Sequence record: SRR20825010_277
Reading direction: 5' to 3' (one strand)
DNA: 44,892 nt
Shown here: positions 11,734-22,397 of the stretch, piece after piece
How positions within the stretch are numbered: the stretch's first letter is position 1
Layout: each line of letters opens with the position of its first letter
Notes under the pieces: model-generated
Databases searched by the model: none
Told to the model about the DNA's origin: nothing
The model's input: the letters and a program-made list of their open reading frames with translations, nothing else
Position numbers and translations under genes: made by a program

Positions 11734-12000
11734 ATGTCCCTGAGAGATGCCATCGATAACTTTTACGAGCCGCTGGTTGCGGAAGCCATTGATGAAACAA
11801 GAGGGGATGGTGACAGCCAGGACTACCTGACCGACGTGATGTGTGTGGCGCTGAATCGGCTACCAGCCAAATATTACCGCCACAGCATCGATATGATGTT
11901 CTACCTCGCCGACGGCGAACTCGAAACCATGAAAAAACAGGCCCTGACCGCCGTTCGGGAGGCCAGGGAGTTTGTAAAGACCCATCAGCGGGACGATTAG
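11734..12000 (+). CDS. ComFB-family (late competence development) protein
   Basis: 88 aa with NFYEPLV...DVMCVALNRLPAKYYRH, the ComFB signature; AGGAG RBS. Confidence 0.85.
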   Translation: MSLRDAIDNFYEPLVAEAIDETRGDGDSQDYLTDVMCVALNRLPAKYYRHSIDMMFYLADGELETMKKQALTAVREAREFVKTHQRDD

Positions 12001-14462
12001 CTCTCGCTCAGTACAGCCTCCAACGCCTTGCCAAGCCGTTCAGCCAGGGGCTCACTGACAACATCCACTGGTTGAACCACACACCAGTTGGCAACCAGCA
12101 TTTCCAGTTGCCTTGATTTGTCGCTGTCCGAAGAAGCGTTGCCCATGCCTTCGGCAAGTCGCTGTACCTGAATTTCCATGCGACGGCCCTGGTCTTCCGC
12201 CGGTGACGGCACTTCCGCCAGTATCTCCGCCCGAATAACCAGTTCTACCGGGTCTGGCTGGCCCACATCGGCAGCCAGACCGGCCCAATGCTGTGGCAGT
12301 GCCTCGCTGTCCAGGGTGCTTGAACTCCGGGCGTTGATCCAAGTTTTCCAGGTATCTATCTGATCCTGCAGCTGGCGGGTCGAAACCAGCCCTGAAAGGC
12401 GACTGCGTTCCTGGCTGACTCGCTCTTTGCTGCCCGCAGACAATGGCTCGTTTCTGAGCGAGTCAAGTTCAGCCAGTGTCGCTTTGAGCACATCAAGGCT
12501 GCTATCGGAGCCCGCCGATTGGCAGGCTTCAAGCACCGGCCCCGCTTTTTCATCCGCCTCACGGGAAAACTGTTCCTGCTCATTCTTGCGGGCATCCCTT
12601 CGCGCGAAGATCTGGTCGCAGGCTTTGCGGAACGCTTGCCACAGTTTTCGGTCTTCGCGGTGTCGGGTAATGCCAATGCTCGTCCACTCTGTTTGCAGCG
12701 CTTTCGCCTGGCTCATGGCATCGCCCAGGGGCTCGTGTTCAATCAGGGCTTCCGCTCGCTCAACAACGCCCTGTTTAAGAGCTTCGTTCTTCTTACGCTC
12801 GGTATCCAGCGGCGCCTCGAGCTGTTTCAGCAGGTCGTCGAACCGTTTCTGAACCGGGCGATTGTCGCGAAATTCCACGGGCCAGGCCGCTTTCCACTCT
12901 TCACGTGCGGTCTGGTGTATGCGTTCGGCCGCTTTCCAGTCAATGTTATTCCAGTCGGCGTTGTCGAGGAATGTGCCCAGCTGATCGCAAATCGTCTTGC
13001 GGGTTTCGAGGTTTGCCTGTTTCAGCCCGGACTTGGCAGAGAAATAGGCCTTGCAGGGCTCATACGCCTGATCCGAGGCCTGCTTGAACCGTGACCACAA
13101 GTCGCGATCGGAAGAACCTCCCAAACCCCGCCACTCATTCTGCAGTTCCTTGATTCGCTCAGCCTTGGCTTCCGGTTCCATGGGCTGGTTTGCCAGGTAT
13201 TCCATCTGTTCGCAGAGCGACTCCTGTTTCGGGCGCGTTGCAAAGCCCTGCCAGTCTGTCAGTTCGCGAAGCTGGCCTCCGAGCAGGTGCATTCGTGGTT
13301 GCAGTGATTTGCCGTGGCGATGATCAAGGCCTTTTGCGAGTTGTTGTGCGGCCTTGAAGTGCTGGCGGGACTCCTTCAACTGCTTGGATTCGAGAGCTTC
13401 CTCCAGCTTATCCAACACCTGCCGAAGCGAATCAGCCAAGGCCTTCTGTTCTTCCGAATCTGGCTTGTTGGTTTTTGCAGGGCGGGGTTTTCCCGCAAGG
13501 CGATTCAGAGCGTCCAGCAAGGTGGGGCGCCTGAAATCGCGGGGCCAGTCGACGGTTTCCAGTATCACCCTGGCTTGATCGGTCTGCTTGCTATCATCGG
13601 TGTCACTGCTGTCGGTGGCCTGCAGTGCCATGATCTCGTCGCGGTGCTGGCCGAGGCGCTTGACTGCGGATATATAACTCCGCAGCGACTGCATCAGGTT
13701 CTCGTAGGTTTTCTGTTCCTGTTTCTCCACCTGGGTGTCCCGGGTGGCTTCCAGCCAGCGGTTCTCCTGGGTTTTCTGCAAGGCATCCAGGGAGGCCAGG
13801 GAGGGTTCCAGGTCCGGATCCTGATGTTTCAGTTCGTCAAGGGTGTCTTCCAGTAAGGACAACGTTTCCGCCCGTTGGCTCTTTTGCTCTTGCTGATGCC
13901 TCAGCTGATCCTTTTCGGCCTGCATCTCGCGTAGCCGTTCGCGGCACTGGTGAACAGCCTGCAGGAACTCCGTGGTTTGTTCCTGTGAGGCCTGAGTTTC
14001 CACATCAGCCCACTTTTGGAGGAGTGCGTCCAGACGCGCCTCAAACAACTTCGTGTCGTCGCTGCGGGCCTGCTCAACCGCATGACGCACGATGGTTTGA
14101 ATGGTTTCGGCCAGTTTTCGTTGTCGATCTTCGTCGTCGCGAATACGTTGCAGCTTCTGGCGAACGATTTGATAGACCCCTTTGTCCTTGCCTTTGGCAA
14201 GCTTCTGGACGCGCTGCAGGGTGGCTTTTTCTGTCAGTGCTTCCGCCGCCTCGCTGCGTATACCTGCTGTCAGGCCGCCAATGGCCAGTTCCTCGAGTTC
14301 GCCTTCGGACGGGTTGGCTTTCAGTGCTTCTGCCTGCAGCTCTCGTTGGTCATCCTGCCTGCTTGTCTTGTCGGCCTCTTCCTTCGTAGCTTCCTTGCGA
14401 GGGGTAACGGCAGTCGCGGTTGCTTTGCGATTTCCAAACAGTTTCTGGATGAATGCGGCCAT
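11997..14462 (-). CDS. DUF349-domain coiled-coil protein
   Basis: Repeated helical units (LQNEWRGLG...LWSRFKQASD; LQTEWTSIG...LWQAFRKACDQIF) typical of DUF349. Start ATG 14462 with AAGGA RBS. Confidence 0.8.
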   Translation of the reverse strand: MAAFIQKLFGNRKATATAVTPRKEATKEEADKTSRQDDQRELQAEALKANPSEGELEELAIGGLTAGIRSEAAEALTEKATLQRVQKLAKGKDKGVYQIVRQKLQRIRDDEDRQRKLAETIQTIVRHAVEQARSDDTKLFEARLDALLQKWADVETQASQEQTTEFLQAVHQCRERLREMQAEKDQLRHQQEQKSQRAETLSLLEDTLDELKHQDPDLEPSLASLDALQKTQENRWLEATRDTQVEKQEQKTYENLMQSLRSYISAVKRLGQHRDEIMALQATDSSDTDDSKQTDQARVILETVDWPRDFRRPTLLDALNRLAGKPRPAKTNKPDSEEQKALADSLRQVLDKLEEALESKQLKESRQHFKAAQQLAKGLDHRHGKSLQPRMHLLGGQLRELTDWQGFATRPKQESLCEQMEYLANQPMEPEAKAERIKELQNEWRGLGGSSDRDLWSRFKQASDQAYEPCKAYFSAKSGLKQANLETRKTICDQLGTFLDNADWNNIDWKAAERIHQTAREEWKAAWPVEFRDNRPVQKRFDDLLKQLEAPLDTERKKNEALKQGVVERAEALIEHEPLGDAMSQAKALQTEWTSIGITRHREDRKLWQAFRKACDQIFARRDARKNEQEQFSREADEKAGPVLEACQSAGSDSSLDVLKATLAELDSLRNEPLSAGSKERVSQERSRLSGLVSTRQLQDQIDTWKTWINARSSSTLDSEALPQHWAGLAADVGQPDPVELVIRAEILAEVPSPAEDQGRRMEIQVQRLAEGMGNASSDSDKSRQLEMLVANWCVVQPVDVVSEPLAERLGKALEAVLSES

Positions 14463-14647
14463 GGGGTTATCCTTTGATATTGAAACCAGTTCCCGGTGCC
14501 GGCAAAGTAAGCAGGCACCAGCCATCGGCGTTGTCCGGAGTTCCGGGTGCCGGGTACGTCAGCTGATCGATCCATGGAATTGAACGGTCAGCTGTATTAG
14601 GTGGGGGCTAGTCTAGCGTTTTGTCGGCATTTGCGGGAAGAGTCTGA

Positions 14648-15115
14648 ATGGGAAAAGCATCAAATCCGGAAGATCAGGACCACAAGGCGCGTTCCGCCGC
14701 GTTGCGACTGCTCGCCAGACGGGAGCACAGCCGTTTGGAACTCGCGCTTAAGCTCAAGCAGAGGAAGATCGAATCGGATGTTATTGAGCAGGTTCTGGAC
14801 GACTATGAAACCGAAGGTTGGTTGAGTGATGAGCGATTCGCGGAGGTCTATGCCCGGCAGCGGATGGATCTGGGCTACGGGCCGCTGAGAATCCAGGCTG
14901 AACTCCAGCAAAGGGGTATCCAGGAGCCGCCGTCCTGCGTCCGGGAAATGAACGACACGGACTGGTCCGACCGGGCGACGCTGCTTCGGGAGAAGCGGTT
15001 CGGGCTCAGCGATATCCGCGATGACTGGGATGAAAAAGCTCGCCAGGCCCGCTTTCTTGCCCGTCGGGGGTTTTTCTCCGAGCACGTGGAAAACGCGCTT
15101 GAGCAACGGCTATAG
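14648..15115 (+). CDS. recX: Regulatory protein RecX
   Basis: ALRLLARREHSRLEL, LSDERFAE, GPLRIQAELQQRGI and RFLARRGF. Confidence 0.93.
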   Translation: MGKASNPEDQDHKARSAALRLLARREHSRLELALKLKQRKIESDVIEQVLDDYETEGWLSDERFAEVYARQRMDLGYGPLRIQAELQQRGIQEPPSCVREMNDTDWSDRATLLREKRFGLSDIRDDWDEKARQARFLARRGFFSEHVENALEQRL

Positions 15116-16627
15116 CGTTGGTGGGACGAAACCGAATTCCTCTGGCAGCGACGCCCTGATGTCGCTGTTGTTTTCCTTGCCATCGACGGGGCCGACAATC
15201 TTTTCCATACCCTCCAACTCTTTGAACCAGGGCTTTTCCTCAGTTTCCGCTACCTTTGTTGGCTCCGTCAGCCAGGCCAGGAAATCGTAGTAGCGGCGTA
15301 TGTTCTGAACGTAAATCACCGGTTCATGCCCCCTGGCGTAGCCAAACCGCGTTTTGGAATACCATTCCTTCTGGGCTAGCAGAGGCAGGAATTCCTTGAC
15401 GTCCATCCAGCGGTCAGGGTTTCTGCCGGCCCCTTCGGTCAGCCTGCGGGCATCCTCCACGTGCCCCCAGCCAACGTTATAGGAGGCGAGTGCAAACCAG
15501 GTCCGGTCCGGTTCGGGAATGCGATCGGGGACCCGGCTATGCACGATGGTGAAATACTTTGCGCCACCCTGGATGCTTTCCTCGGCATCGAGGCGATTAT
15601 TGATGCCGATATGGCTGGCTGTATTCCGCGTTAACATCATCAGTCCGCGAACACCGGTCGGCGAGACTGCATTAGGGCGCCAGTGGGACTCCTGGTAGCC
15701 CATGGCGGCCAGCAGTCGCCAGTCCAGTTCGTAGGTCTTGGCGTAATCGCGAAACAGGCTTTCGTACTTGGGCAGGCGGTTTTCCACGTGATGAACAAAG
15801 GTCCGCGCGCCAACATAGTCCAGGCGGTCGAGATGACCGTAGAATCGCTCGGAAATATGCGCCAGTGTGCCGTCGTCCCGCAGCTCCTGAATAAACTGTT
15901 CGGCGGCATTGGCCAGGCTCTGGTCCTGCTCGCTGGGAAAGAGCCACAGTAATGGTTCGGGCTCTCCGAGGCTGAACGCGCTCTTGACCTTCGGGAAGAA
16001 CACATGGTTCAGCTCGAGTTCGTTGGAGGATACGATGGCCAGCGGGAACTCGCCGGACTCCACGCGTGAGAGGATGCCAGCCGCGTCCAGGCCGGCGTGC
16101 ATGGTCCACTGCAGGCCGCTGTTGTTGGCGCTGAACTGTTCCAATTGGTGTTCGTGATTGCTGTCCGCCACCAGATGGATAGTCTGCCCCTCAAGATCCT
16201 CCAGGGATTCCGGGCGGTCAACTTCGCGGTTATAGACCACCACGGATTCGGCTTCGATGCCGTTGGCAACCTTCTGGTAGCGCTGCTGAAAATCGGGGCG
16301 CGAGGATAGCCCTGCCAGACCGATGTGGGCGTAGTCCTGATCGAGTATCGACAGCACGCTGGTGTTGTCCTTCGCAACGCGAACCTTGAGCTCAACGCCC
16401 AGGTCCTCTGCGAACAGGCGCGCCAGTTCGTAGTCATAACCAGTGGGGCCATCACGGCCTTCAAAATAAACCGATGGCGCATTCCGGGTGATAACGTGGA
16501 GCACACCCTCGGAACGGATCTCCTGAAGAGTACTTGGCCTTGAGCATCCTGCAACTGTCAGGATTATTGACAGTAGGCAGGTGTATTTCGCGATGGCCGT
16601 GTACGGCTGACGACGGTTCTTAGGCAA
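15110..16627 (-). CDS. mltF: Membrane-bound lytic murein transglycosylase F
   Basis: N-terminal solute-binding domain plus SLT domain (YQESHW, GLMMLT, ASYNVG); divergent from purL. Start proposed at TTG 16627 with AAGGGAG 9 nt upstream (alternative GTG 16690). Confidence 0.92.
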   Translation of the reverse strand: MPKNRRQPYTAIAKYTCLLSIILTVAGCSRPSTLQEIRSEGVLHVITRNAPSVYFEGRDGPTGYDYELARLFAEDLGVELKVRVAKDNTSVLSILDQDYAHIGLAGLSSRPDFQQRYQKVANGIEAESVVVYNREVDRPESLEDLEGQTIHLVADSNHEHQLEQFSANNSGLQWTMHAGLDAAGILSRVESGEFPLAIVSSNELELNHVFFPKVKSAFSLGEPEPLLWLFPSEQDQSLANAAEQFIQELRDDGTLAHISERFYGHLDRLDYVGARTFVHHVENRLPKYESLFRDYAKTYELDWRLLAAMGYQESHWRPNAVSPTGVRGLMMLTRNTASHIGINNRLDAEESIQGGAKYFTIVHSRVPDRIPEPDRTWFALASYNVGWGHVEDARRLTEGAGRNPDRWMDVKEFLPLLAQKEWYSKTRFGYARGHEPVIYVQNIRRYYDFLAWLTEPTKVAETEEKPWFKELEGMEKIVGPVDGKENNSDIRASLPEEFGFVPPTL

Positions 16628-17041
16628 ATTCCTGAACTCCCTTGATGCAGGACGCTGAGTGTTACGGTGTTTCCCCTGATGTCCGATCACTCCCTGCTAC
16701 CTCGCTCGCACTTCTTGCGTTACTGAAAAAAGCAGCAAGTGGCATGCCAGCACAGCTTTGGAGAGTTTAACCGATGTTCACTCAATACGGAGCCTCCCTG
16801 GCTCAACTGTAATGATCCCCGGTCATACTGGGGTGGTCAATGAATCTGCTCGGTTAATGTGCAAAACAATGTAAATTATAGCGGCCGGTTTATAACCTTT
16901 TGACGCTGTATCCCGGTGCGTGTTTCAAGTATCATTGCGGCCTTTCAGATGGCCGGCCTTTTCCTGTTTGCCTTGTACTCCGTCGATACGGAACACAGGA
17001 TGCTGCACCGGCTCCCAGTCTCGCGCGTACAGGTTTTGATC

Positions 17042-20000
17042 ATGCTTGAACTTCGCGGCGCTCCCGCGCTCTCGCCCTTTCGTTCCCGCAAGCTGCATAC
17101 TCGCCTCCAGGACATCGTGCCTGCGGTGGAACATGTGTATGCCGAGTTCATGCACTTCACGGATCTTGAGTTCCCGCTGTCCGAATCCGATCAGGCGGTA
17201 CTTGATCGCCTGTTGACATACGGTCCCAGTGTTTCCGCTGAAGAGCCTGATGGCGTGCTTTTCCTGGTGGTTCCGCGCCCGGGCACCCTTTCACCCTGGT
17301 CAAGCAAAGCGACGGACATCGCCCGCAACTGTGGCCTGCGGCAGATTCGGCGGATTGAGCGGGGTATCGCCTATTACGTGAAAGCCAACCGCAAGCTGAG
17401 CCTCGAGCAGCGGGAGAAGATTGCGGCGTTGCTTCACGACCGCATGACCCAGAAAGTCTTCCACGAGATGGGCGGTGCGGAATTGTTGTTCCATACCGAC
17501 GAGCCGCGCACCCTTAACCGAGTTCCGGTGCTTTCTGGTGGGCGTCAGGCACTGGTAGATGCCAATCGCTCACTGGGCCTGGCGCTGGCTGAAGATGAGA
17601 TCGATTACCTGGTGAAGTCCTTCTCGGACCTGGAACGTGATCCCACCGATGTTGAGTTGATGATGTTCGCGCAGGCCAACTCAGAACATTGCCGCCACAA
17701 GATTTTCAACGCCTCCTGGGATATCGACGGCGAAGGGCAGGAGAAATCCCTGTTTGCGATGATTCGCAATACCTTTGAGATGAACAGCGAGGGCGTGCTT
17801 TCCGCTTATAAGGACAACGCGTCGGTCATCGCCGGCAGCTGTGGGGGGCGTTTCTTCCCGGAGCCCGAAACCGGTGTGTATCGCTATCATGAGGAAGATA
17901 TCCATATCCTAATGAAAGTGGAAACCCACAACCATCCGACCGCGATAGCGCCGGCGGCTGGTGCTGCAACCGGTTCTGGTGGTGAGATCCGTGATGAAGG
18001 GGCAACCGGGCGTGGTTCCAAGCCGAAGGCGGGCCTCAGCGGGTTCACGGTATCCAACCTTAACATCCCGAATGACCCGCAGCCCTGGGAACTTGGTTAC
18101 GGGAAGCCGGAACGAATTGCCTCGCCTCTGGATATCATGATTGAAGGTCCCATTGGCGGTGCTGCCTTCAACAATGAGTTCGGCCGTCCCAATCTCGCCG
18201 GGTATTTCCGGACCTTTGAGGAAGTGGCGCCCGGTGCCGGTGGCGAAGAGGTACGCGGTTATCACAAGCCCATCATGATCGCTGGCGGCCTGGGTAATAT
18301 CCGGGCGAACCATGTGGAGAAAGGCAATATTCCTGTGGGGGCCAAGTTGATCGTCCTCGGCGGCCCGTCCATGTTGATTGGTCTGGGCGGCGGCGCTGCA
18401 TCGTCCATGGATTCCGGATCCAGCAACGAGAACCTGGACTTTGCGTCGGTCCAGCGGGATAACCCGGAAATGGAACGTCGCTGCCAGGAAGTGATTGATC
18501 GTTGCTGGCAAATGGGCGACGACAACCCCATATGCTTTATTCATGACGTGGGAGCTGGCGGCCTGTCCAACGCCATGCCGGAACTGGTCAAGGACGGTGG
18601 TCGCGGTGGCCGTTTCGAACTGCGTGACATTCCCAGCGACGAGCCGGGCATGTCGCCCCTGGAGATCTGGTGTAACGAATCCCAGGAACGTTACGTGATG
18701 GCGGTGGCGCCGGAGAACCTTGAACAGTTTGATGCCCTGTGCCGCCGTGAGCGTTGCCCCTATGCGGTGATCGGCGAAGCCACCGAGGCCCACCATCTGG
18801 AACTCGGGGATTCGTATTTCGACGACCGCCCGGTTGATCTGCCGATGGACGTTCTGTTCGGCAAGCCGCCCCGCATGCACCGCAGCGTGTCACGCTCCTC
18901 ATTCACTAAGCCCATATTTGATTCCACAAAAATTGATCTGAACGATGCGGTAAGCCGTGTTCTGAGGCTGCCGTCGGTGGGCTCAAAGAGTTTTCTGATC
19001 ACCATTGGTGACCGGACCATCACGGGGCTTGTCGCGCGTGACCAGATGGCGGGCCCCTGGCAGGTGCCTGTCAGTGATGTGGCGGTTACCTCGTCGTCTT
19101 TTGATGTGAAAACAGGCGAAGCCATGGCCATGGGTGAGCGCACACCGGTTGCGGTTATCGATGCGCCTGCATCCGGGCGCATGGCAGTGGGCGAAGTGAT
19201 TACCAACCTGGCGGCCGCCCCTGTCGCCAAATTGTCGGATATTCGGCTGTCCGCCAACTGGATGGCCGCGGCAGGGCACCCGGGTGAGGATGAAAACCTC
19301 TATGAAACCGTTCGTGCGGTTGGTATGGAGCTTTGTCCTGCACTGGGTATCACCATTCCGGTGGGCAAGGATTCCATGTCCATGAAGACGGTCTGGGAAG
19401 AGGATGGCGGCGAGCAAAAAAGTGTTACGGCCCCGTTGTCGCTGATCATCAGCGGTTTCGCACCGGTGACGGATGTGGACAGAACATTGACCCCTCAGCT
19501 GGCGACAGATGCGGGCGATACGGATCTGATTCTGGTTGATCTTGCGGCGGGACAGAACCGCCTCGGTGGTTCAGCACTGGCACAGGTTTACCGGCAGGTA
19601 GGTGCGGTAGCACCGGATCTGGACGACCCGGAAGATATCAAGGCGTTTTTCGCGGTTATCCAGGGCCTGAACGCAGACAGCAAGCTGCTGGCGTATCATG
19701 ACCGTTCGGATGGTGGCCTGTTCGTCACCCTGGCTGAGATGAGCTTTGCCGGGCACACCGGTATCGACATCAAACTCGATGGTCTTGCGGAAGATGCGTC
19801 CCAGTTCGCTCGTGAGCTCTTCAACGAGGAACTTGGCGCCGTGATCCAGGTTCGTCGGGAGGATACCGGGTTTGTACTACAGCAGTTTTCGGCAGCGGGT
19901 CTTGGTGACCACACCTCGGTAATCGGTACCGTCAACCAGGACGACCACATCCGCTATACCTTTGAGGGACAGTCGGTCATATCCCGACCGCGGGCGGACC

Positions 20001-20947
20001 TGCAGCGTCTTTGGGCGGAAACCAGCTATCGCGTGCAGTCGCTCCGTGACAACGCCGATTGCGCTCAGGAGGAGTTCGACAACCTGCTGGACAGCAGTGA
20101 CCCGGGGCTTCACGCGGAACTGACGTTCGACCTCAACGACGATGTTTCCGCGCCATACATCAACACCGGGGCCAGTCCTCGGGTGGCGGTGCTGCGGGAG
20201 CAGGGTGTTAATGGACAGGTTGAAATGGCCGCCGCCTTTGACCGTGCCGGGTTCGAGTCCGTGGATGTTCACATGAGTGACCTGCTCTCCGGCCGGGTTT
20301 CCCTGGAAGGGTTTAACAGCATGGTTGCCTGTGGTGGCTTCTCTTATGGGGATGTTCTGGGTGCAGGTGAGGGCTGGGCCAAGTCCATCCTGTTCAATGA
20401 TCGGGTTCGTGATCAGTTTGCCGCATTCTTCAACCGTCAGGACACCTTGGCACTTGGCGTTTGTAACGGTTGTCAGATGCTGTCCAACCTGCACGAACTG
20501 ATTCCCGGCAGCGAAGGCTGGCCGCGTTTCGTACGTAACCAGTCGGAGCAGTTCGAAGCCCGGCTGGTGATGGCGGAGGTGCCCGCTTCTCCGTCGGCGT
20601 TCATGGAAGGCATGGCCGGCTCCAGGATGCCGATAGCGGTTGCCCATGGTGAGGGCAGGGTTGAGTTCCCGGCTGGAACGTCTGCAGACCAATTGAGTGA
20701 TAGCGAGCTGATCGCGCTGCGCTACGTGGATAACCGCGGCGAGGTCACCACACGTTACCCATGGAACCCTAACGGATCTGAGGCGGGCATAACCGGTGTG
20801 ACCACAAGGGATGGACGGGTCACCATCTTGATGCCCCATCCCGAACGGGTATTCAGAACCTCCCAGCTTTCGTGGCACCCTGCCGATTGGGGTGAAGACG
20901 CGCCATGGATCCGAATGTTCCGTAATGCGAGGCGTTGGTTCAGCTAA
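17042..20947 (+). CDS. purL: Phosphoribosylformylglycinamidine synthase (large type)
   Basis: [29 protein letters not shown] and MPHPER; start ATG 17042 ([11 protein letters not shown]). Confidence 0.98.
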   Translation: MLELRGAPALSPFRSRKLHTRLQDIVPAVEHVYAEFMHFTDLEFPLSESDQAVLDRLLTYGPSVSAEEPDGVLFLVVPRPGTLSPWSSKATDIARNCGLRQIRRIERGIAYYVKANRKLSLEQREKIAALLHDRMTQKVFHEMGGAELLFHTDEPRTLNRVPVLSGGRQALVDANRSLGLALAEDEIDYLVKSFSDLERDPTDVELMMFAQANSEHCRHKIFNASWDIDGEGQEKSLFAMIRNTFEMNSEGVLSAYKDNASVIAGSCGGRFFPEPETGVYRYHEEDIHILMKVETHNHPTAIAPAAGAATGSGGEIRDEGATGRGSKPKAGLSGFTVSNLNIPNDPQPWELGYGKPERIASPLDIMIEGPIGGAAFNNEFGRPNLAGYFRTFEEVAPGAGGEEVRGYHKPIMIAGGLGNIRANHVEKGNIPVGAKLIVLGGPSMLIGLGGGAASSMDSGSSNENLDFASVQRDNPEMERRCQEVIDRCWQMGDDNPICFIHDVGAGGLSNAMPELVKDGGRGGRFELRDIPSDEPGMSPLEIWCNESQERYVMAVAPENLEQFDALCRRERCPYAVIGEATEAHHLELGDSYFDDRPVDLPMDVLFGKPPRMHRSVSRSSFTKPIFDSTKIDLNDAVSRVLRLPSVGSKSFLITIGDRTITGLVARDQMAGPWQVPVSDVAVTSSSFDVKTGEAMAMGERTPVAVIDAPASGRMAVGEVITNLAAAPVAKLSDIRLSANWMAAAGHPGEDENLYETVRAVGMELCPALGITIPVGKDSMSMKTVWEEDGGEQKSVTAPLSLIISGFAPVTDVDRTLTPQLATDAGDTDLILVDLAAGQNRLGGSALAQVYRQVGAVAPDLDDPEDIKAFFAVIQGLNADSKLLAYHDRSDGGLFVTLAEMSFAGHTGIDIKLDGLAEDASQFARELFNEELGAVIQVRREDTGFVLQQFSAAGLGDHTSVIGTVNQDDHIRYTFEGQSVISRPRADLQRLWAETSYRVQSLRDNADCAQEEFDNLLDSSDPGLHAELTFDLNDDVSAPYINTGASPRVAVLREQGVNGQVEMAAAFDRAGFESVDVHMSDLLSGRVSLEGFNSMVACGGFSYGDVLGAGEGWAKSILFNDRVRDQFAAFFNRQDTLALGVCNGCQMLSNLHELIPGSEGWPRFVRNQSEQFEARLVMAEVPASPSAFMEGMAGSRMPIAVAHGEGRVEFPAGTSADQLSDSELIALRYVDNRGEVTTRYPWNPNGSEAGITGVTTRDGRVTILMPHPERVFRTSQLSWHPADWGEDAPWIRMFRNARRWFS

Positions 20948-20963
20948 AGCCATAGCCTGAGCT

Positions 20964-21019
20964 AAAAAAGCCGGCCCCGGACGCACCATAAAGGTGACTC
21001 ATCCAGGGCCGGCTTTTTT
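20964..21019. terminator. Bidirectional Rho-independent terminator downstream of purL
   Basis: AAAAAAGCCGGCCC (20964-20977) ... GGGCCGGCTTTTTT (21006-21019): perfect 14-bp inverted repeat giving U-tracts on both strands. Confidence 0.85.
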
Positions 21020-21266
21020 GTTTCTGGCGACGGGAGTTTTCAAGAATTTTCAAGGGAAATTTTTGTTTATAAGTGCGAAAATCCCCTTGACTCAAACGGT
21101 TTATGCACATTCCTGGTGCCATGCTGTGTGCAATGTGCACAAAGCACTGGGTTTAGGTTCATTTTTTGTTCGACAACTATAACTATATGAAATATAAGAA
21201 CTTAATTAAGTAGGTGAATTTGTCGCCAATTTAACAAAAGTGCAGTAATTCCGGGGGATGGGGGCA

Positions 21267-21313
21267 TGTTCCCCAAAACTTTCCCCAGAGTTATCCACAG
21301 ATTCTGTGGGTAA
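21267..21313. promoter_or_regulatory. DnaA-box cluster (DARS-like)
   Basis: TTATCCACA 21291-21299; inverted TGTGGGTAA 21305-21313; degenerate boxes CTTTCCCCA 21279-21287 and TGTTCCCCA 21267-21275 at 12-bp period; further TTATGCACA at 21101-21109; AT-rich flank. Confidence 0.7.
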
Positions 21314-21414
21314 GTAGCTAAATGCTTAATCTGTACAAAAATTATCCGTTGGAAGGGTGTCGGAATGGCCCGATTCTGTTCTGACACAACGGTGTTCAAG
21401 GGAGGATCTGACGA

Positions 21415-21726
21415 ATGTACAAGATGTGTTATTTCGTGCCTGAGAGTCATCTTGAAACGACCAAAAGCGCCCTTTTTGAAGTGGGTGCCGGGCGTATTGG
21501 AGATTACGATTGCTGTGCCTGGCAATGTAAAGGTCAGGGGCAGTTTCGTCCGCTGGATGGCAGCCAGCCTTTTTTGGGCCAGGCAGGGGAAATTGAGCGT
21601 GTGGACGAATTCCGCGTTGAGCTGGTGTGCAAGGACGACCTTATTCAGGCGGCACTTCGAGCATTGAAACAGGCGCATCCCTATGAAGAGCCCGCCTATG
21701 AGGTGTTTCGTATGGAAGCGCTGTAG
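21415..21726 (+). CDS. YqfO/NIF3-related small protein (PII-like insert domain)
   Basis: GAGRIGDYDCC, GQGQFRPLDGSQPFLG and AHPYEEPAYE; GGAGG RBS. Confidence 0.88.
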   Translation: MYKMCYFVPESHLETTKSALFEVGAGRIGDYDCCAWQCKGQGQFRPLDGSQPFLGQAGEIERVDEFRVELVCKDDLIQAALRALKQAHPYEEPAYEVFRMEAL

Positions 21727-21746
21727 CGGCGGCCAGGCGTGGATAT

Positions 21747-22295
21747 TTAGGCACGAGGCCCCATCCGGTACCGAATGTCGTCCACATGCACTGGGAAGTG
21801 CTCATTGCGAACGTCTTCCACATAGAGCTCAAGGGTGCGACGGACAGTGGGGAACGACAGCTCATCCCAGGGAATGTCTTCCAGCGCAAACAGCTGGGTT
21901 TCCAGCGACTCTTCGCCGGCCCCGAAGTCTTCGCTGGTGAGGGTGGCGCGATAGAACATGTGTACCTGATCAATGTGTGGCACATGAATGATGGTGTAGA
22001 GATTGTCCACCGTCACTTCTGCAAGCGCCTCTTCCCGGGTTTCCCTGGTGGCCGCTTCGAGGGTGGTTTCCGAGTTTTCCATAAACCCTGCAGGCAGCGT
22101 CCAGTAACCATAGCGGGGCTCGATAGCGCGGCGGCATAGCAGAACCCGCCCTTTCCAGACGGGAACCGTACCGGCGACGATGCGGGGATTCTGGTAATGT
22201 ATGGTTTCACAACTGATGCACACGTAGCGGTGGCGATTGTCGCCTTGGGGGATGCGCTGTTCGACAGGATGGCCGCATGTGCTGCAGTATTTCAT
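21747..22295 (-). CDS. Nudix hydrolase with N-terminal zinc ribbon
   Basis: CSTC...CISC, YQNP and Nudix box GFMENSETTLEAATRETREEA. Start 22295 or 22307. Confidence 0.9.
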   Translation of the reverse strand: MKYCSTCGHPVEQRIPQGDNRHRYVCISCETIHYQNPRIVAGTVPVWKGRVLLCRRAIEPRYGYWTLPAGFMENSETTLEAATRETREEALAEVTVDNLYTIIHVPHIDQVHMFYRATLTSEDFGAGEESLETQLFALEDIPWDELSFPTVRRTLELYVEDVRNEHFPVHVDDIRYRMGPRA

Positions 22296-22397
22296 CTGTT
22301 TCACCATATACTGGACAAATGTGTGTTGGTAGCAAGTGTAACTATCTGCGCTGCCGGTGTCTCATTCAACAGTCAGAAGTCTTAACGGAGCCGTGTT

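Noticed and set aside
21060-21320. Chromosomal origin oriC
   Set aside because: No dnaA, dnaN, gidA or rpmH nearby, no clear 13-mer repeats or GATC enrichment, and the box geometry fits DARS better.
21202-21678. 158-aa minus-strand ORF and other short ORFs (20940-21182) in the purL spacer
   Set aside because: They overlap the yqfO-like gene, the terminator or the DnaA boxes, and have no recognisable motifs.
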